Shown here piece by piece: positions 60,563 through 64,000 of a stretch of 64,000 bases of DNA. The notes below the pieces were generated by a model. The model was not told the DNA's origin. It worked only from the letters and a program-made list of their open reading frames with translations, and ran no database searches. The translations under genes and the position numbers were made by a program. Location: positions 4,576,001-4,640,000 of the forward strand of contig OZ253564.1 of NCBI GenBank assembly GCA_965262915.1, written 5' to 3'. The DNA comes from Candidatus Spongiisociaceae bacterium (GTDB lineage Bacteria > Actinomycetota > Acidimicrobiia > Spongiisociales > Spongiisociaceae). The stretch's first letter is position 1. Each line of letters begins with the position of its first letter.

Positions 60563-61618
60563 ATGTCGTTACGAGAATGCCTCGACAAGATACGCCGGTC
60601 GCCTGTTCCCGCAAACGAGCAGGAGACCATCACTACGATCCTGATGATCCTTAGGGATCTTGGTTGGGATCCATTCGGGGAAGAGGTACGACAAGAATAC
60701 GCAGTTGGCGGCGGAAGGGTCGATATCGCACTGATCGGGCCGCGCCGTGCAGTTGCGTTCATCGAAGCCAAGTCTGCGCGGGTAGATCTGAACGCTCATG
60801 TCGAGCAGGTTGTGAAGTATGCCTTTCACGAAGGCGTGGACATCTGTGTGCTCACCAACGGACTGGAATGGTGGCTATACCTTCCACGGGAACGAGATCC
60901 GTTTGAGCAGCGCCGGTTTTCCGTATTGAAGACCCACGAAGGCCCGATTCGGCGGCTAGTTAGCCACTTTGAGTCCTTCCTGAGCAAGGAAAGCTTGTTG
61001 AGCGGCCAAGCAGAGAAACGGGGGAAACAGACATTGCAAGCTAAGCGCGAGGCCGACTACCTTGCGGCTGAGCTCCCAGAACTCTGGAAGCAAATGCTTG
61101 CCGAGCCCGATGACGGATTAGTGGAACTGATCGGCAAACGTGCGTACGAGCAGCTGAATGCGCGTCCGACCAAGGAGCAGACATCTGCGCTACTCCGAAG
61201 TTCACCTTTGCTCAGTTCGGTGCCTGATACGGGGACCTCCCCGATAGCGAGGGAGAAGCCGTCCATCCCCACTCCAAGATCGAGCGGTACGCGGAAACCC
61301 ACTGGAGTCCGGATCCGGGGGTCACGGTACTATGTGAAACACTGGAGAGATGGGATAGACGTAGTCCGCAGGTTGGCTGAAGTGCTCTATCAGCAGCACG
61401 GGACGGACTTCGAAGAGTTTGTCCTAGCCCACCGGACCAGCGGCGGCAACCCAATCGCCTCTCGTAACCCCGACGACCTGCGCGGACCAACTCGTTTAGG
61501 TTCGACCGATGTCTTCGTGGAGACGGATTTGAATGCTGCGCAGATGCTGTCTAGGGCGTCCTTCCTACTTAGGAACTTCCGGCAGCAAGGTTCCGACCTC
61601 AAGATCCTGTACGACTGA
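60563..61618 (+). CDS. HsdR_N-like PD-(D/E)XK nuclease with a C-terminal putative DNA-binding domain
   Basis: NEQET...LGWD...EY...GRVDIAL...FIEAKS...QV..YA...LTNG.EW; appears lower in GC than its neighbours. Confidence 0.85.
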   Translation: MSLRECLDKIRRSPVPANEQETITTILMILRDLGWDPFGEEVRQEYAVGGGRVDIALIGPRRAVAFIEAKSARVDLNAHVEQVVKYAFHEGVDICVLTNGLEWWLYLPRERDPFEQRRFSVLKTHEGPIRRLVSHFESFLSKESLLSGQAEKRGKQTLQAKREADYLAAELPELWKQMLAEPDDGLVELIGKRAYEQLNARPTKEQTSALLRSSPLLSSVPDTGTSPIAREKPSIPTPRSSGTRKPTGVRIRGSRYYVKHWRDGIDVVRRLAEVLYQQHGTDFEEFVLAHRTSGGNPIASRNPDDLRGPTRLGSTDVFVETDLNAAQMLSRASFLLRNFRQQGSDLKILYD

Positions 61619-61644
61619 ACAGTGCAAACAATACGAACTGGTAC

Positions 61645-61690
61645 CCAACCACCAACCACCAACCACCAACCACCAACCACCAACCACCAA
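61645..61690. repeat. Heptamer tandem repeat (CCAACCA)x6 plus partial unit
   Basis: Six perfect copies at 61645-61686. Confidence 0.95.
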
Positions 61691-61734
61691 ATCACCGGTA
61701 GAGGCCCGAGTTCCTACTACCCTGAAACCCCGTC

Positions 61735-63015
61735 ATGACTAGTTTCCTGGTGCGGGGGCCTACGCGGCTGAGTGGCCACTTCGAGCCGGCGGGTAACAAG
61801 AACGCAACGCTGCCCATCGTGGCGGCCTGCCTCCTGACCGAGGAAGCGGTCACTCTTCACAACGTGCCGCAGATCGGGGACGTGGGGTCTCTGCTCGCGA
61901 TCCTGGAGGACATGGGGGCCCGAGTCGAACGCTTGGCCCCGAGAACGATCCGGATCACCTGTAACGGGATCACCACGTCGCACATATCGGTCGAGCGGGC
62001 CACCAAGATCCGGGCCTCGATCCTGCTGGCCGGACCTGCGGTGGCCCGGTTCGGGGAGGTGGTGATCCCGCCCCCCGGAGGAGACGTGATCGGGCGACGG
62101 CGGATCGATACCCACGTGCGGGGTCTCGAGGGCTTGGGCGCCGACTACCGGTTCGTCAACGGGCATCGCTTCCGGGCCGGGACGCTCAAAGGCTCGGTGG
62201 TGTTCCTCGACGAACCGTCGGTCACCGCCACCGAGAACCTGATCATGGCGGCCGTGCTGGCCGACGGCGCCACCACGATCGAGAACGCCGCCTGCGAGCC
62301 GCACGTCCAGGACCTGTGCGGGTTCCTCAACACCTTGGGGGCCCGCATCAGCGGAATCGGCAGCAACATCCTCCGGATCCGGGGAGTGGACCGCCTGAGT
62401 GGCGGCACCTACACCATCTGCCCGGATCACATCGAGGTGGGGAGCGTGATGGCGTTGGCCGCCGTCACCCGGTCGCCGATAACGATCGGAGGCGTCCGGC
62501 CCGACGTGTACAAACCCATCGACCTGGCGTGGCAGCGGCTGGGGATCGACTACGAGTTCCTCCCCGGAAGTCGGGCCAGGATGTCCCATGACCCTACCCT
62601 GACCGTCTCGGCCGACCTCGGGGGCGCCATCCCCAAGATCGAGGACGGGCCATGGCCGTCCTTCCCGGCCGACCTGACCTCCATCGCCTTGGTAGCCGCC
62701 ACCCAGGCAGATGGATCCATCATGATCCACGAGAAGATGTTCGAGTCGAGGATGTTCTTCGTCGACCGCCTCATCGCCATGGGCGCCCGCATCGTCCTGT
62801 GCGACCCCCACCGGGCGGTGGTGGTCGGTCCGACCGCCCTCCGACCGAGCCGGATGGCCAGCCCCGACATCCGGGCCGGAATGGCGTTGCTGATCGCCGC
62901 CCTGGTCGCCGAAGGCGAGAGCCGGATCGACCACGCGGAGCAGATCGAGCGCGGTTACGAAGCTATCGACCGCCGCCTGTCCGCTCTGGGTGCCCAGATA
63001 GAACGGCTCGACTGA
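61735..63015 (+). CDS. murA: UDP-N-acetylglucosamine 1-carboxyvinyltransferase
   Basis: GNKNA.LP, RASILL.GP, PGGDVIG.R, SVTATEN, SPDIRAG, IERGYE. Confidence 0.95.
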   Translation: MTSFLVRGPTRLSGHFEPAGNKNATLPIVAACLLTEEAVTLHNVPQIGDVGSLLAILEDMGARVERLAPRTIRITCNGITTSHISVERATKIRASILLAGPAVARFGEVVIPPPGGDVIGRRRIDTHVRGLEGLGADYRFVNGHRFRAGTLKGSVVFLDEPSVTATENLIMAAVLADGATTIENAACEPHVQDLCGFLNTLGARISGIGSNILRIRGVDRLSGGTYTICPDHIEVGSVMALAAVTRSPITIGGVRPDVYKPIDLAWQRLGIDYEFLPGSRARMSHDPTLTVSADLGGAIPKIEDGPWPSFPADLTSIALVAATQADGSIMIHEKMFESRMFFVDRLIAMGARIVLCDPHRAVVVGPTALRPSRMASPDIRAGMALLIAALVAEGESRIDHAEQIERGYEAIDRRLSALGAQIERLD

Positions 63016-63034
63016 GGCCCGTTCTCGCCACTAG

Positions 63035-63194
63035 TGGTCTGTCTGTGAAATAGCGGCGTGGCATGCGCCGGCAGCGGCGTTCCTCGCAAGGCCCGCCGAC
63101 GATGGCGTACCCGTAGCGTACGTCGAGGAGGCGGAACGCAGCGAGGTGCGTTGTTGGCAAGCAGGGCACGGCAAGTTGTTTTGCAGACAGACCA
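63035..63194. mobile_element. MITE-like repeat, family A (long copy)
   Basis: CTAG-TGGTCTGTCTGTGAAA ... TTTTGCAGACAGACCA-CCAG; interior matches 988-1148. Confidence 0.85.
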
Positions 63195-63203
63195 CCAGAT
63201 CTC

Positions 63204-63986
63204 CTACCTGGCGCCACGCGGATCCCAACTGAAGAACCGGGTGACGATCACGGTGCCGGCCACCAGCCAGGCGACCATGATCCCTATGTCCTCCCAGCCG
63301 AGAACCTGTCCGGTATGGAGCGGGTTGAAGGCATCACCGAACGGGCCGGCGAAATGCTTGAGCGGGAAGATATCTCCCAGGATCACCAGCCACCGCGGGG
63401 CCTCGTCGAGCGGGATGAAGATGCCGGAGATAAAGGCCATCGGGAGGAAGACACCGTTGGCGACAGCCGGGGCCGCATCGGCGTTCTTCATGACGGAGGA
63501 TACGGCGAGTCCGAGAGCGGAGAACGTGGCGATACCCACCACGAAAACCAGCAGCACCAGGCCGATGTCGTCCCATATCATGCGAAATCCGAAGAACGCC
63601 CAGCCGATGACGAACATCAGCACCACCGACAGGACAGCGATCCAGACGCCGGAGCAGATCTCTCCCGCCATGTAGATCCAGGGGGGCAGGGGGGTTCCAC
63701 GTACCCGCTTGAGAATGCCCTGGTCACGGGCGAAGGCGGTCCTGATCGCCAGGTTGGTGAAGGTGGAGGATACCGCCGCGAACACGGCCATCGACGGTGC
63801 GAAGAACTGCGAGAAGCTGTACCCGCCACCTATGTCCTCACTGCCGAAGATGACACTGAACAACACCAGGAAGATCACCGGGAGGGCCAGCGTGAAGAAA
63901 GCCGCGATCGGGGTCCTCCAGAACAGCCGGTTGGTGCTGCGAGTCTGCAACCAGACCTGTTGAAGGGCGGTCCTGGCGCCACTCAT
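63204..63986 (-). CDS. ABC-2 type transporter permease
   Basis: WRTP..FFT..LP, R.QGILKR.RGTP, SG.F.P...P.WL. Confidence 0.9.
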   Translation of the reverse strand: MSGARTALQQVWLQTRSTNRLFWRTPIAAFFTLALPVIFLVLFSVIFGSEDIGGGYSFSQFFAPSMAVFAAVSSTFTNLAIRTAFARDQGILKRVRGTPLPPWIYMAGEICSGVWIAVLSVVLMFVIGWAFFGFRMIWDDIGLVLLVFVVGIATFSALGLAVSSVMKNADAAPAVANGVFLPMAFISGIFIPLDEAPRWLVILGDIFPLKHFAGPFGDAFNPLHTGQVLGWEDIGIMVAWLVAGTVIVTRFFSWDPRGAR

Positions 63987-64000
63987 TCGACTCCCTCCTC

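Overview
High-GC actinobacterial chromosome segment, most likely Acidimicrobiia, inferred from WhiB, the ClpS-DUF2017 pair, nested ask alpha/beta and Acidimicrobiia-type SLH repeats. A plant-type LRR surface protein hints at a host-associated lifestyle. Most genes are housekeeping or metabolic: a form II cox-like molybdenum hydroxylase cluster, pheA, proC, udk, rpmB, amt, PPi-type PFK, murJ, ask-asd, tRNA-Pro, selAB, Mrp/IscA/Nfu, glnII, glcDEF, argS and murA. Small accessory islets and repeats are interspersed. Main observations: (1) a strictly phased non-coding array of ten TAAAG/CTTTA boxes (72-bp period, spacers 14/17/4/17, variable spacer sequence) directly upstream of a Fic-HTH gene near tRNA-Pro; (2) a queuosine-salvage-like islet (Qng1/DUF2419, MFS, truncated nucleoside hydrolase) bounded by a duplicated pheA 3' end; (3) an HsdR_N-type nuclease with a possibly SeqA-like C-terminal domain, bracketed by inverted heptamer arrays that also occur at an apparently empty site; (4) two groups of MITE-like elements; (5) a 3x22-bp repeat upstream of rpmB. 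All family calls come from motif recognition by eye; no database searches were run.
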